Translations under genes and position numbers: made by a program
The notes under the pieces: model-generated
Databases searched by the model: none
What the model was told of the DNA's origin: nothing
Seen by the model: the letters and a program-made list of their open reading frames with translations, nothing else
NCBI GenBank assembly: GCA_053919585.1
Contig: CM132815.1
DNA length: 64,000 bases
DNA from: Euprymna scolopes
Taxonomy: Eukaryota
Reading direction: 5' to 3' (one strand)
Shown here: positions 48,621-62,149 of the stretch, one piece after another
Layout: the number at the start of each line of letters is the position of its first letter
Position numbering within the stretch: position 1 is the first letter of the stretch

Positions 48621-49479
48621 TTTATATTACATTCAATAATTTAATGATTCAGTTCTTTCGACATAATTCTTGTAAACTGGTACCACAAAAGCAATTTTCC
48701 AGTAATCAGGAAAGAAAGATTCAGTAATGCCACTGTAGTTTTAGAGCAAGAAATAACTAAACGCAAAATAGAAAGTATTCAATTTATCATGGCCGATGTA
48801 CTGGAAATTACTTGGCCGTGTTTATCCCCCCTCCCCCCCAAAAAAAATTCTATTATGTAAGGTCGCATAGCTTTTGGCAGAATTTTTAACACAAGCGCAC
48901 TTTAACTCAATGAAAGTGTTTTTTGTTTTCAGTTTCGGAAGAGTGTTACTCGTGAAAAAGAAAGACAATCCAAAATTAATGCTGTTTTTCTAAATATTGT
49001 AAATTAACTGTTACAATTTTTAAGACTTTCAGAAATTTATCTTTTTCCCCAAAAAAAAGTTATATAAAACGTATTCCATCCATTTTATAATATTCTAAAC
49101 TGAATGTTAAAAGATACTTATTTGAAAAATAATTACTTTGAAATATAAAATGTTACATTTTATTTATAAATTTAAAAGATAATAATTTTTCTTTTTAACT
49201 ATAACCAAAAATGGATGTTAAATTTTATTTTATTAAAGAAATATAAAGAAAAAAACAAGCACTAAAAATATTCCCGTATGACTTGCATTTTACAATTAAA
49301 ATTAAATTAATAAATAATATTCAATATTAAAATAAAATGCATATGAAATACGGTTATAAGACAAATTACAATGCAATATTATGTAAAATAAACAAATATT
49401 TATTTGTTTAAAATTTATACATTTTAAAAAATTTAAACAACACTTATATCACGGAAAACACAACTCTGACTTTTAATTT

Positions 49480-49627
49480 AATAAATGTTTTGGTAAGTCA
49501 TTTTTTTGTTGCGTTTGGTTAGAAAAAAACATTAATTTGGGAATTTCGGTAGAGACTACCGAAATTCCCAAATTAATGCTTTTTTCTAACCAAACACAGC
49601 AAAAAAATTACTTAATAAACATTTATT
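49480..49627. repeat. Inverted repeat, ~72-bp arms, 3-nt loop
   Basis: CATTAATTTGGGAATTTCGGTAG-aga-CTACCGAAATTCCCAAATTAATG perfect core with imperfect outer arms. Confidence 0.9.
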
Positions 49628-51602
49628 TCTTTGTATTCGATAGACNNNNNNNNNNNNNNNNNNNNNNNNNNNNNNNNNNNNNNNNNNNNNNNNNNNNNNN
49701 NNNNNNNNNNNNNNNNNNNNNNNNNNNNNNNNNNNNNNNNNNNNNNNNNNNNNNNNNNNNNNNNNNNNNNNNNNNNNNNNNNNNNNNNNNNNNNNNNNNN
49801 NNNNNNNNNNTGGATTTTTTGTTATTTTTTTTTAAATATTTTTTTATAGTTTAATTATTAATTAAATATAATTATTAATTATATAAAAAAAATAAACAAT
49901 TTATAAACAAATAATGAAATAAAATTTTGACACAAGTGCTGGAAGTATTTTTTTATTCAGAAGAGTGAGACACTATTTGTATATCTATCTATCTATCGAA
50001 TACAAAGAAATAAAAAACAACAATGTAAAAATATATACTAATGCAAATAGATTTATTCATTTATTCAATATGGATGTTACATCAATTACGCATGTAGGTA
50101 AGTAAAACTCTTTATACCATGGCATTTGGAAGCCAATGCTTCTCATCAGAAGAGAAGAGAGGATACTAGGTAACATATTTGGGATGCGACATCGAGTGAT
50201 AGCTACATTAGGAGTGAAATAATGGAGCGTGAGATGAAGAGGGTAAAACTGTGGAGGGAGAGAGATAGGATAACTACAGTGATCTATGAGGTAGAGGAGG
50301 AATATAGATGATATTACAAAATGAAGACAAGTGAATACCATGTATGCCATGGTGGGTTATGAGGTCAGTGTTCAATATATGTGTGCCTATGTGCAGCTAT
50401 ACTATCGGGAAGAATATAGGAGACATGATTAAAGGTAGATGTTTTGTAATCTTGTGGAGTTGGGGGTTATAACCAGAAAAGGGATTTTCTTGAAATAGGG
50501 GACTTATGCTATATTATAAGGGTTATCGGAATTACAACTTAGTAATTAAACGAAGTATACATTTATGGCCTCGGTATTTATATTAGGATTAGAGGGAGGA
50601 AAGGATGCCATAGAGGCCACAACCAAGAATACATGAAATGAACAACGTTGGAAATGTGTAGATTCTGACTCCATATAATTAAAGACAGACGAATATTGAA
50701 GGTTGAGAACCGATTTTATTTACTACCAACAATTTGTATTAGGAGACGCAGGGTGTTCGTAGGATGGAATGTGATTTAACAAAGGAGATGAATCTTCGTA
50801 AAATGTTTGTAGGTATGTATGAATTGATGAGGAATGAATCTTCGTAAACTGTTTGTAGGTATGCATGAATTGACAAGGAATAAATGTTCGTAAAATGTAA
50901 CTTTTGGACGATGGAGAGGGTCAGGGTAGGCCGGTCATCCTGCTGTCGGTGATGCGTGTCCTGGCTATACTGGAAAGCGAGTGACTTTTTCATCAGCAGC
51001 TAGCAGCCCTGCATCTTCATCTTCCTTTTTCTCCTCTCTTCTTCGGTTTGTGTGAATTAGGTATTGTTTAGAATTGAAGGCGTTTGGCCCATAACATGAG
51101 AGCGTAGTCGGCTTCAGTTCACTGGTGCCTTATTTCTTTTTCTTCTTCATCTCTTTAGGTCGGGTGGGAGAATCCGTCCGTGCGTTCACTGACGCAGCAG
51201 GGCGAATCTCCTCTTCCCTCCTTTTGGTCCCCTCATTTTATAGTGGCAAACCGGCTCCCAGCGACTGTGATATTTGAGGTGTTTATTTTAGGCGTGGAGC
51301 TCTGCCATTGGTCGATAATTATTTTGTGGTTATCTTTTTTCTTCCCAAGCGGAAGCGATGTGTGGAGCCATGTGCAAAAGACGATTTTTTATTTTGTCTC
51401 TCATGGTGGATGCGTTAACATCCGGTTCGCTGCTAATTCTCATAATGTTCCCACACATTATAAATTAATGCAAGAAATAAGTAATATAATAACCGAATAA
51501 AAGGTAAAAAGATAAAATATTTAAAAAAATAAAAATGAATAAAATAAAGAATAAACAAATGGTAGAGACATTCTGAGAGAGACGTTGAAAAATATGCAAA
51601 CC

Positions 51603-52015
51603 TGAAATGTCATCTAAACTTCAACTTCTGTCCCATCGACGAAATGTTGCAGCCCTCTGCCCATTTTACAAGTATTTTAATGGTTGATGGTCCAACAAAC
51701 TACTAGCCCTCGACATAAATACCCTGACAAACCCGACAAGCAGCAAAGTCCCACCCCTACACAGTAGAGATCCCTAGGTGTAAGAAAATCTTCTACTCTA
51801 ATAGTTTCTTCCCTAGAACTGCTAGACTTTAGAATTCCCTTCCAGACTCCTGCTTTCCCAACTGTACTGACATGCAGAAGTTCAAGTGTAATGCAAACAA
51901 ATATGTTGCTGCTCAACTCCCTACATAGTATCCCTGCAATTTATGTCCCTAGTAATAGCCCCCTATATCAAAATGGCACTGTGCCTTGTTTGGGATGAAA
52001 GTGTAATAAAAAAAA
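51603..52015 (+). mobile_element. CR1-like subfamily A, 3' fragment (plus a tail-only copy at 52213-52325)
   Basis: Aligns to 1805-2220. Confidence 0.85.
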
Positions 52016-52814
52016 TTATTTTTATTATAAACGAGGCTATGATATTTGAACGAATATTTAAATATATCATTTTATTATTGAAATCGTTTAGGATGAATAA
52101 TTTGTGTATTTATTTATTTATTTGTGGACTGTTATCCTCATCTTCATAGTTGTTTTTTTTTACAACGTTTTGGCCAACTACTCCTCTGGCCTTCGTCTGG
52201 TGGTTTACCGCGAACAGACATCTTGCTGCTCAACTCCCTACATAGTATCCCTGCAACTCATGTCCCTGATAGTAGCTGCCTACATCAAAGTGGAACTGTG
52301 CCTTGTTTGGGGTGAAAATGTAATTTAAAACAAAAATTTTTAAAGCATCATGCTATGAATTCTGTTTCATCTACGATACTCGACCATACTTTGACATACC
52401 AGGTTTATTACTCAAACTGAAGCAAGACTGCTCAGCTCCTTCAAACGATACATGTTCATTTCTAGCTATTATATCAATATCATTATGAACAAAAATTGGA
52501 TTATTGCAGGAAAAGTTGATACCCACTCCATAAACAATCTGCTTCTAAGATATTGAACGTTTGTTGCATTCAAAAATTAACTCCTGTCGACATTTAATGC
52601 AAATGTAATCCCCCAGATTATTTACAGTAAAATATAGTTCAGCATCATTCTTAAACGCCTTACCTGTACTTACGCATCGTTGCTGTTGTTTATTGTCTGT
52701 ATTTTTGGAATAATGTACGCTTATAGCAGCAGCTGCATAAAGGTATTTTTTTTTACTTGGGAGTCACCACTTATCAAGGTCCAAAAGCCGCTCAAGGATA
52801 ATCTCTAATGCCAC

Positions 52815-53165
52815 TCAAAAATGCTGATGCTCGATTCATGCAAGATGGTCCAATAGCAGTCTGATGCATTCCACACGTTTCTATGGCATCTTTTCCCTCA
52901 AGTTTACAACAGAATTTTATTGCATATCGTTCTTTTAAAGTGTCCTCACGTCCAGATTGCATTTTTAAAATTCACTAGCTGTGGCTTTAGTAGGGTGTAT
53001 TCCAATTCCTGCTGTAGCTGCTCATTTGAACCTGAAATCATAAAAATTGGTCAGTCATCTCATAAGATGTATAGCAATAACATACTGAATTTTCAAGCGT
53101 CTATAACAATTTGAAGTGCCTATACAAAAAAAAAAATGTCTGGAAACTTATTGAACACACTTTGT
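52815..53165 (-). mobile_element. Mariner end fragment, same family as 31005-32238
   Basis: Aligns to 31895-32238. Confidence 0.85.
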
Positions 53166-53559
53166 ATTTCAATATTATTCCGAAACAACTTACTTTTACT
53201 CATATATGACTTGTGTTGTTTCCCTATAAATCAAGATGGTTGCTTCTCTATGAGAAGTTTGTTTTTAAACACTGAAGAAGGCCATAATACTACAATACAA
53301 TTTAACTGCAATCATGCGAATACGTAAATCAATGTACGGAACATATAAATTATAAGTTTAAGGTCTTCCTTAATGCATCCATCAATCCAAATTTATGTTG
53401 GGAGTTTTGCATCCCTACTTATCTTTCTCTGTTAAGGATAAACAGGTATGTCACTCGGCATCAGGGGACACAGAATAAAAGGAAAATAAATAAATACACA
53501 TATTTATTACCATATCAACAAACGTGAATGAAGGCAGTAACATTAGATAACAGAACAAG

Positions 53560-54700
53560 ACGATACAAAAACTCATCCACTAGGTGGTATCTCGACCATT
53601 AATCATCATGAGTCGCATCTTCCGCTTGATGTGACTTGTGAACCCACGTGACTTATCCTTCTGATCCAGGGTAAGTTGTTTGATGGACGCCCAATTTAAA
53701 GCATTTTCTCTCCACTTTCTCTTTGGCTTTCCTCTTTTGCCTTCTAGCATACCCTCAAAGCATAACTTTGACCGGCCAGTGGTTGATCGTTTGATATTAA
53801 ATAGATGAGGTAGAGAAGTAGTTTGACGGCGGGTGGATATTTTAGGGGTTTTTTTTTTTTTAGGCGATGTCCCGTAATGAAATGCATTACGTGATTTTGA
53901 AACATCTCAATGCTGTTTAGTTTTATACTCCATGTGATATAAATATTGAAGGAGGAATTTTGATTTCTATTTTGTTTAGATTCTATCGGCATCAAGCTGT
54001 CATCGTGTTGTATATATTTTTTGTCCATTCCTTCTGATCCAGGGCAAGTTGGTTGATGGATGCCCAACTCTTGAGAGATGTCCAATCAAAAATATTTTCT
54101 CTTCATCTTCTCCTTTGTTTTCCTCCGTCTCTTTTACCTTCTAACGTATCCTGAAAGCATAACTTTGACAGGCCAGTGGTTGATTGTTTGACATGGCCAA
54201 AAAGTTTAAGGGTATTACTTTTGTTTTTTTTTCAAATAAAAGGGGTAGGGAAGTAGTTTGATGGAGGGTGAATATTTTTTTGGGGGGGGGGGGATCAGGC
54301 GATATCTCGTTATAAAACACATTACGTGATTTTGAAACACCTCGATGTGATTGGTTAGTTGTTTAGTCCACGTGATACAATCAACGCCATATAAAAACTA
54401 CTGGGAGAACATAAATTAACTAAACTTTTACTTTAACAGTTATCGGCACCTTTTTGATATTAGAATGGTGCTGTGTTTTTGGCAAGCTGCCCAACCCAGC
54501 CCAATTCTGTGTTTCAATGTCGTCTCGTGATTACTGGAGAAAGTCAATTTATGCCCTATATAGATGAATTGAGTGACCTGCTTGAAGGATTTACTGTGAA
54601 TAGTCATGTTTAGGTTAAACTGTGATTTAGCTATAGACATACATTCTGTTTTCTCTAGGTTTATTTCTAATCCTTTGCATTCTTTGCTAATATTATTGAT
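53560..54700 (-). mobile_element. RTE-like LINE remnants with an internal duplication
   Basis: ORF 54440..54778 has GLEINLEKT..M, F.Y.G and RIGLGWAA. 53655-53940 resembles 54025-54380. Confidence 0.55.
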
Positions 54701-55045
54701 AGGATGGATATACTCCACCAACGCCAGATTTGTATTCAGCTTGGGGGAAAAGTGTTTAAGGTAGGATAGTTTTCTCACTTTTGTGGATTGACTCTAATAT
54801 ATAAGCTAGAATTAGGTGCTATTCCCCTCACATGGGTTTTGACTCACTGTAAGAGGAAATGTGCTTTCACGTCCACTGCTCTGATCTCCCTTCTAAGGGG
54901 AAGAAAACCACCGGTGGCTTTGGTAACCATTTTCTGTTATTCCCTTACATTTAAAGAGTTGCTTCCCTTTGGTTACTGATGTCAGTTCAGATTTGTAAAT
55001 GCAAGTACAAAAACCTCAATTGTCATAAACAATATTATCTTTAAA

Positions 55046-55515
55046 CTAGCAAAGATACCTGCACTACATGTGTGACTTTGCTGTACATTCGGGTACCCGT
55101 TCCGCCAGCACCCTTGCAGTAAGTGGATGTTGTAAGAGCAACTATGTCTTACAGTGTTTAAAATTTTTAAAAGTGTGTCGGCACAATGGAAATAGCACCC
55201 GGGATGGTGGCAAACCACAACTTAATGTGAACCATGCCTAGGGAAGGGAGTTTATGACTTTAACCTTTGACCTTGACCTTTAAAACTGGTGTGCATCATC
55301 CTTAGGTTGGAGACCATTATCATGTATGGTTTGGTCATGATCGATCCAGTGGTGTGGGCTGTAGGAGAGTATATATTCATAGGCTATTACCTTGACCTTT
55401 ACTTTAGAAAATGGTGTGCACCAGCTCCAGATGAGGAAATGTCATCATACGAGGTTTAGTCATGATCGGTCCAGTGGTTTGGGCTGTTTGAGAGTTGTAC
55501 ACACACATGAACGTT
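55046..55515 (+). mobile_element. Helentron/DINE-like element
   Basis: ACTAGC start, internal (TGACCT)n duplications, (CA)n and TTTATATATATAGAT end. Confidence 0.5.
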
Positions 55516-56230
55516 ACTACTTTATATATATAGATGTTTGGACATTTCTGAACTTCCCAGGTAATTTCAAGTCTCCCTGCCTCATTTCCAGCCAACCAGT
55601 CTTCAAACAAGGTCATATATTTTTTTTATTTTCTGCTCCTTATAAATCAAATGATTTCTTCAGGAAAGCCAAATGATAGAATCACAAAGTTTTAGAATAA
55701 AATAGGTTTCAACTGAGTTTTGGCATTGTTCCCAAATAACTTATTATTAATTAAATCATGTTCAAGTGTCAAAAAATAAAAAAAAGAATTTATGTGAATA
55801 ACGAAACCATAAAACTGGATGACATAAGAATTCTTTAATCTCACACATTGTGGAAAATTATTTTGTCCCTTTTTTTTCTCTCTTTTCTTCTTCCTTCCCC
55901 CTCTCTATGTTTCATTCTTCTTCCTTCTCTTCTATGTCATGTGATTCAATTCTGCTCACTGATTGGGTGAGCCTCTCTTTGTGCACCTAAATCTCCTCGT
56001 GGGGAATTTTTGAAAAGAAAACTCTCAGTAGCTGTTCAGACTCCGTGAAGGAAGGAAGTTGTTGTCAGCACTTCTTACCAACAACACCGGTCAAATATGT
56101 CTAAGTTACTTGACATATTTTGTAGAGGTCTCGGGCAAGGAAAAGAGAGCAAAGGACTTCTTCAACAGTTTCTTGACATAAATATAATTGAAAAGAAACG
56201 TTTGCTGATTCCACTCCGTAAGAAGAGGAC

Positions 56231-56981
56231 TGTAGTGTTATCATAGAACTACTTTCATACGCGTAACAAGGAAATCATGGCGTATGAATATTGATGTAAA
56301 CCGCCTAATACATATCGTATTCGACAACATGGCGTAGACCTCTACACACGTACCTTCAATCTCTCTTCCTATGTAAATATGTAATAAAGTTCTATATCAA
56401 ATAAAACCACAACTTGGTTATCAATTACTTATAATAACTAACATAAATAAACGACATGGTGGCAGTGAAATGGATACCGAACAGTTATAACAGTTAAAAA
56501 AAAAAAAAAAAAAACTTCGGCAACAGATACGAGAGGAAAAGTACGTTTACAGAAGACAAAACAAGGCATGTAAACCAATTTTCATTAATTTACCATTAAT
56601 GTGCATTTTATAAAACTTTGCTGTCATTCTCGTATACACTAAGAAACACGCACCAAATATAACAAGACATGGTCGTGAAATCCATAGGCCAAACAGATTT
56701 AAACAATAAACATCTGAACAATGTGTACTACTTTTCTTCCTTCTGGTAAGGGGGATGTAGTGTTATCATAGAACTACTTTCATACGCGTAACAAGGAAAT
56801 CATGGCGTATGAATATTGATGTAAACCGCCTAATACATATCGTATTCGACAACATGGCGTAGACCTCTACACACGTACCTTCAATCTTTCTTCCTATGTA
56901 AATATGTAATAAAGTTCTATATCAAATAAAACCACAACTTGGTTATCAATTACTTATAATAACTAACATAAATAAACGACA
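56231..56981 (+). mobile_element. TRIM (terminal-repeat retrotransposon in miniature), intact and very young
   Basis: 226-bp TG...CA LTRs at 56231-56456 and 56756-56981 with one visible mismatch. PBS TGGTGGCAGTG, PPT AAGGGGGA, 299-bp non-coding interior, and 5-bp TSD AGGAC. Confidence 0.96.
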
Positions 56982-57342
56982 AGGACCTCTATGTCAAAGT
57001 TACCTGATATATTGCAACGAGTTTTGGACAAATTTGAGATTGGGGAAATTTGTGAAAGAATCAGTTTCTCTGTCTTAGCTAGACATTTAAATAGTTGGAA
57101 TATGTGGTGAATTCGAAAGCATTAATTATCCCAGGATAAAAAGGAAAACACATGATTCGCCGCAGAGGTTTCTTGTTACCTGAAACCACAGTTTCAGACT
57201 TCGACTCTGAAATGTGAACTTTATATAGCCTTATATGAGGGGAAAACTTCTAAAGGATTATTTGTCTTGTGTCAGTATTACTTCGCTGGGAAGATTTGAA
57301 AGCGTTATGGTCGCACACATGTAAATACCACCAGTAAAGAAC

Positions 57343-58397
57343 TTTGATTTAAATGCTGGGGTCCCTCAGGGGTCAATCCTGGGCCCAACTCTCTTCCTGA
57401 TCTACATCAATGACCTCCCTAAACACATACTTAAATCATTCATTGACATCTATGCTGATGACACGACCATCTACGGCAACACATCAAAGGCTGTAAATGA
57501 CAAAGTTCTCTCTGATTCTCTCTCCTCTGATCTCGAGCGCGTGGTTCAGTGGGGAAAGATGTGGCTAGTTACCTTTTAATGCATCCAAAACCAAACTCCT
57601 ATCCTTACATCATCAACGCTCTGATCCCCAGCTGGCATCAATTGTGATGGATGGCTCTCGTCTGGGTGAGGCCCCGTGTTTTGACAAGCTTCTGGGCTTG
57701 ACCTTTACTCCTGATCTGAAATGGAACACGTACATCAAGTCTGTTGCCAAGGTCGCTGGAAAGATGGTGGGATCCTTCTACCGCTCCAGAAGATATCTCA
57801 CTACTGATGCAATTCTCTATCTATATAAAAGCCAAGTACGTCCAAGGATGGAATACTGTTGCCATATCTGGGCAGGAGCTGCCAAAAACAGCCTATCATG
57901 CCTTGACAGAGTACAAAATAGACTTCGTGGCTTAGTGGGGGATGCCCTTTTCTCTACCCTGCAACCCCTCTCCCACAGAAGAGACGTTGCGAGCCTATCC
58001 TTGTTTTATCGTTATTTTCATGGCAGGTGCTCGTCTGAACTCCAATCCCTGGTCCCCCCTCGCCAATCTTTCACGAAAAACACCCATCTAGCTGAATCCA
58101 CTGTGAAAAATTTCCCCCACTCTATATCTGTGCCTAAATCAAAACGCGGATTCCATGAACAAAGCTTCTTTCTTAGAACTGCACGCCTGTGGAACTCTGT
58201 TCCGTCTGCCTGCTTCCCTCCGGACTACAACTTGGATGTCTTCAAGTCTAATGTTAACAAATTCCTAATGAACCGCCCCCCTTAAGTAAACACTCCATCA
58301 AATCTCCACACTAACGTAATGTACTTGCAATAACCCTTATCCCTGAGTGGCTTCTGGGCCTTGATAAGTGGTGATCACTGTGTAAAAAAAAAAAAAA
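57343..58397 (+). mobile_element. CR1-like subfamily B, young 5'-truncated copy
   Basis: GVPQGSILGP and YADD at 57358-57460, ORF 57644..58285, 3'UTR and poly(A). Confidence 0.93.
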
Positions 58398-59712
58398 GCT
58401 AATGCAGCCTAATCGAAGAATGGACACTTCATAAAACGAGAAGATTACGATGATTGTTTCTAAAAAGGGATAGACTAAAAAAGAGGAACTAATGCACTTT
58501 CTAAAAAGGATTTATACGAATTTTGAATTGGCTTCAGTAAGAAAATCCTCCTCTCTCTTTCTCTTTCTCTCTTTCACTCTCTCCCTTTTCTACCCTTTCG
58601 AAAATGATACGATGCAAAGATGGACAACTCTTGGCAGCAGATTACAGACTTTTTCCTACCAGGACTTTCACTTTAATAAAAAATCATTTCTTTCAAGTTG
58701 GGTTTTTTTTTTTCCATTTTTTTCTCCCATGAATGTTTCTTTCTCTTTTTATCTACGTTGCAGATATCAAGCTAAGAAAAATCATCTTGCACGGGAGTTA
58801 GCGGATAAAATTTTCTTCAACACATTAACTTTATGCTATGAATTTAATTTCCCTGGAGCCTGGGTAACAACCAGTCTCCTCAGATGTTCAGTACTCTCGA
58901 CCTCTTTCAATAACCTTTGCAGATGAATTTATGTTATCGCAGCAGCTGACTTACCATTGATTTCTCCACTGGGATTTGGGTGAAAAATAAGCCTCCCTAA
59001 TATCCCAGTACTATACGCACTATTTCAGTAGAAGTCTGATCAGTGCTCTTCCTCTTCGGTCTTTCCAACCTCCATGACTCATTCACAGCTATTTTATGGA
59101 GTATCAGCCAAGGTTGATGTCATTTGGGGGAGGGGGGGGGGGCGAACAGTTTACCATATTTCTTACAGTTTCACTTCCCTTTAGTTTATTATTATTATTC
59201 ACTCACTTGGAGTTCCCATACAGGCCATCCTCAATAATCATTCAGTGCCAATAACCTGTGGTGTCTTAGTGACAACAAGTCTCCCCAGATTTCTAGTGCT
59301 CTTTGCCTCTAGATAATCAACACAGATGACTTTACATTTTCACAACAGCCACTTACCATTGATTTCTAGCTAGTAATGGCCATTAGTGTTCCCTAGGGTT
59401 TGGGTAGCAAAAAGCCTCTCCAAGTGTTCTCTGCACTCTTCTAGTGGAGGTTTGGTGAGTGCTCTTTCTCCCTCCTCAGTCTTGGACTGTTCACAATTCT
59501 TTTGTATGGTACCATCCGATGTAAGCCTCACCAGTTTTTTTTTTTTTTTTTTTTATGAGAGGGGTGTAGTTAACTTACAATTTTGCATTTTCAGTTTTCT
59601 TGGTTTCCTGTGATCATGTTTTTGTTTTTGTTTTATTTCTGTTGCAAGTTACTGTTCACAGTTTATGTAATTGTAAGATTTTCTTTAAAATTTCAGATTA
59701 TTATTATTATTA

Positions 59713-59750
<38 letters not shown>

Positions 59751-60424
59751 AGTGTAATATAAAAAACGTTGAAACATTCATTAGAAATTTTTTCTCAATA
59801 AAAAAAAAGGAATCAATACTCATAAGAAAAGCTTAACAAAAAAAGTTCTTTGCTCTTTTTACCGAGGAGTATGAACACTGTATAGAACTTTAAATATTTA
59901 TATTTCCCTCTATTTTCACAAAGTTATCTTAATGGACAAGGAGGCACACAGCTTTCCATAAAGTCAGTGGTTGTCACAGCAAATCTTCAGTTCAGCTTGG
60001 GAGCTAGGAGGGCTCCCATCTCAACTTGACTCTCATCAAGTCAACGGAATCAGTCGCCGTGGGGATCAGGGGCAGTAACAGTATTACCTAAACAGCCCTT
60101 TTCAGGGCTAATCAACAAACTAATTATGTGATTCACAAACTAACTGTGTATGATACACATTTTATTCTCTACTGCTACCTGCCTCCTGGAACTTCCCCTT
60201 ACGGCTGCCATGCCAGTTTCTGCAGCCTCCAGTGGCTCTCCAACTCACTCCTGCAGCTTCCAATGACTCTAACTTACTCCTGCAGCGACTCCTCAGTGTC
60301 TCCAGCTCACTCCTGCAGTTTCCAGGGACCTTACCTTACTCCTACAGCGACTCTCCTACTCACGCCTGTGGTTCCCAGCAACTTTAGCAGCGACCCCAGC
60401 TCCTCAAGCTCTCTCCTACAACCC

Positions 60425-60565
60425 CTTGATGTCTGGCTACCAGCTTCAGTGCCCACTGACGTCCAGCTACCCATTCCATTGCTCACTGACGTCCAGCTAC
60501 CTGTTCCAATGGACACTGACATCCGGCTACCTGTTCCAGTGCCCACTGATGTCCGGTTACCTCGA
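60425..60565. repeat. 30-bp minisatellite, ~4.5 copies, in a GC-richer LTR-like segment
   Basis: CACTGACGTCCAGCTACCTGTTCCAGTGCC variants. They produce the TDVQLPVP periodicity of ORF 60128..60631. Confidence 0.8.
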
Positions 60566-60754
60566 GAGATGCCAGTCCTCACTCCGGCTGATCCTGAATC
60601 CATTGCCACACATTTTACCATTTATTTGTAAATAAATAAAACACATTTGCTATTGCCGTTATGCCTTTGCCTTGTGTCTACTTTATTAGTTGTACAATCG
60701 ATCGGCACCTTCATACCTTTCGACCCTCTACAACACAAATGCACACACATACAC

Positions 60755-60759
<5 letters not shown>

Positions 60760-60820
<61 letters not shown>
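60760..60820. repeat. (TA)n microsatellite (others at 14287, 23797, 24255, 27587; (ATT)n at 59697-59747)
   Basis: Direct reading. Confidence 0.98.
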
Positions 60821-60822
<2 letters not shown>

Positions 60823-61368
60823 AGTTTCAGGTCTGCGGTTTTGATTGTCTCCCCTGTGGTCTTACCAGGCCAAAAATATATAGAGATATAAAATTGCCCC
60901 AAAAAAGTTTGAAATCTCAGCGGCTATTGATCAGAATTTAACAAATGAGAGCTCGTTGGAAAGGTAATAACCTGAATTGTGTAGTGGGCTATGTGACATT
61001 TGCCTGCCCAAAAGGTCACACATTAAGAGGATCATCTATCATCCAGAGCCTATTTTTTGGCACTTTTTTACAGCCATAAAATATTTCCATCATAGTCATT
61101 TGTTTTCCTAGTTTTGCATATGAATTACAAAATATCTGATATTTCCCCAAAACCTCTAGCCTTGATGAAGGGGAGACTAAAACTTGCTGCTATGGTTTCA
61201 AATGATCTGAAATAACAGAAAGGGGAGACTTGATTCCAAATATTTCTCATATGTTATATCTCCCCTTTTTGGTTTTCATAAATAAAGTAAATTTCACAGT
61301 GTATTAGGGTTATTTGATACTGGCGATATTCATAATCGTATCCTATTTCCAAAAGAGGGGAGATAAAA

Positions 61369-61775
61369 TTAAAATACTTGTAGAACAGGCAGAGGGATGC
61401 AACATTTCGTCGATGGGACAAAGGCTGAAGCTTAGATGACAGTTCAGGACCTATCAGGTTGGTGACTCTCTTTTGAATCCTGTCTGGGAGGGAAAGACTA
61501 GTAGCAGATGCACGAGCCCAGATGTAACAACAATACTCTATAAATGGTGGCCTTGTAGAGGTACAGGATACTTTCAGGTGTAAGTAACTTTCTAGCACAG
61601 TAGAGAGAGCCCACCTCTTTTGCAGCAACCTAGGTAATGCTCTTGATGTATCTGTTCCAACTCATGTTCCCTGTGAACGTTAAGCCGAGGAGTTTGAATA
61701 AAGTACTTTCAGGTAATGTTTCTTTAGCCATAGGTATTGCTGGTTGAGAAGGTTTCCTGTAATTAATAAAGGATT
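61369..61775 (-). mobile_element. CR1-like subfamily A, internal fragment
   Basis: ORF 61254..61628 contains [21 protein letters not shown]. Confidence 0.85.
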
Positions 61776-62149
61776 TAATTAAAAAATAAATAAATAAATA
61801 AAATGAACAACAAATAACAATTGACTCAAACTATTTTGTTCAGGTATACGCAAAAATGATTTTTAATTACATAGTAATTATTGGATATAGAAGTGGAGTA
61901 TAGACCAGACTGTTATAAGGTTAGTAAGGATGGTGTTCATCAATGTACAATTAAAGTCCATATTTTATAGAGAATATCTAAAAATATTTAGTAAATACAG
62001 TTCAAAATAAATCCTATGTCAGGATAAAAGACAGAAATTTGAAAGAAAATAGAGAAATATGTACCGTAACTATACTTGTGATGTCATCCTGAAATGGTAT
62101 CAAAATATACTTATTTATGATGAAGATTGACTTGACCTGATCCTCAGTG

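Noticed and set aside
50050-51450. Possible gene or retroelement ORF1 on the minus strand
   Set aside because: Composition suggests a decayed element with a short internal tandem repeat, but I could not recognise any motif or splice pattern.
60128-60941. ORFs with TDVQLPVP or YIYIYI repeats
   Set aside because: They are translations of a 30-bp minisatellite and a (TA)n microsatellite.
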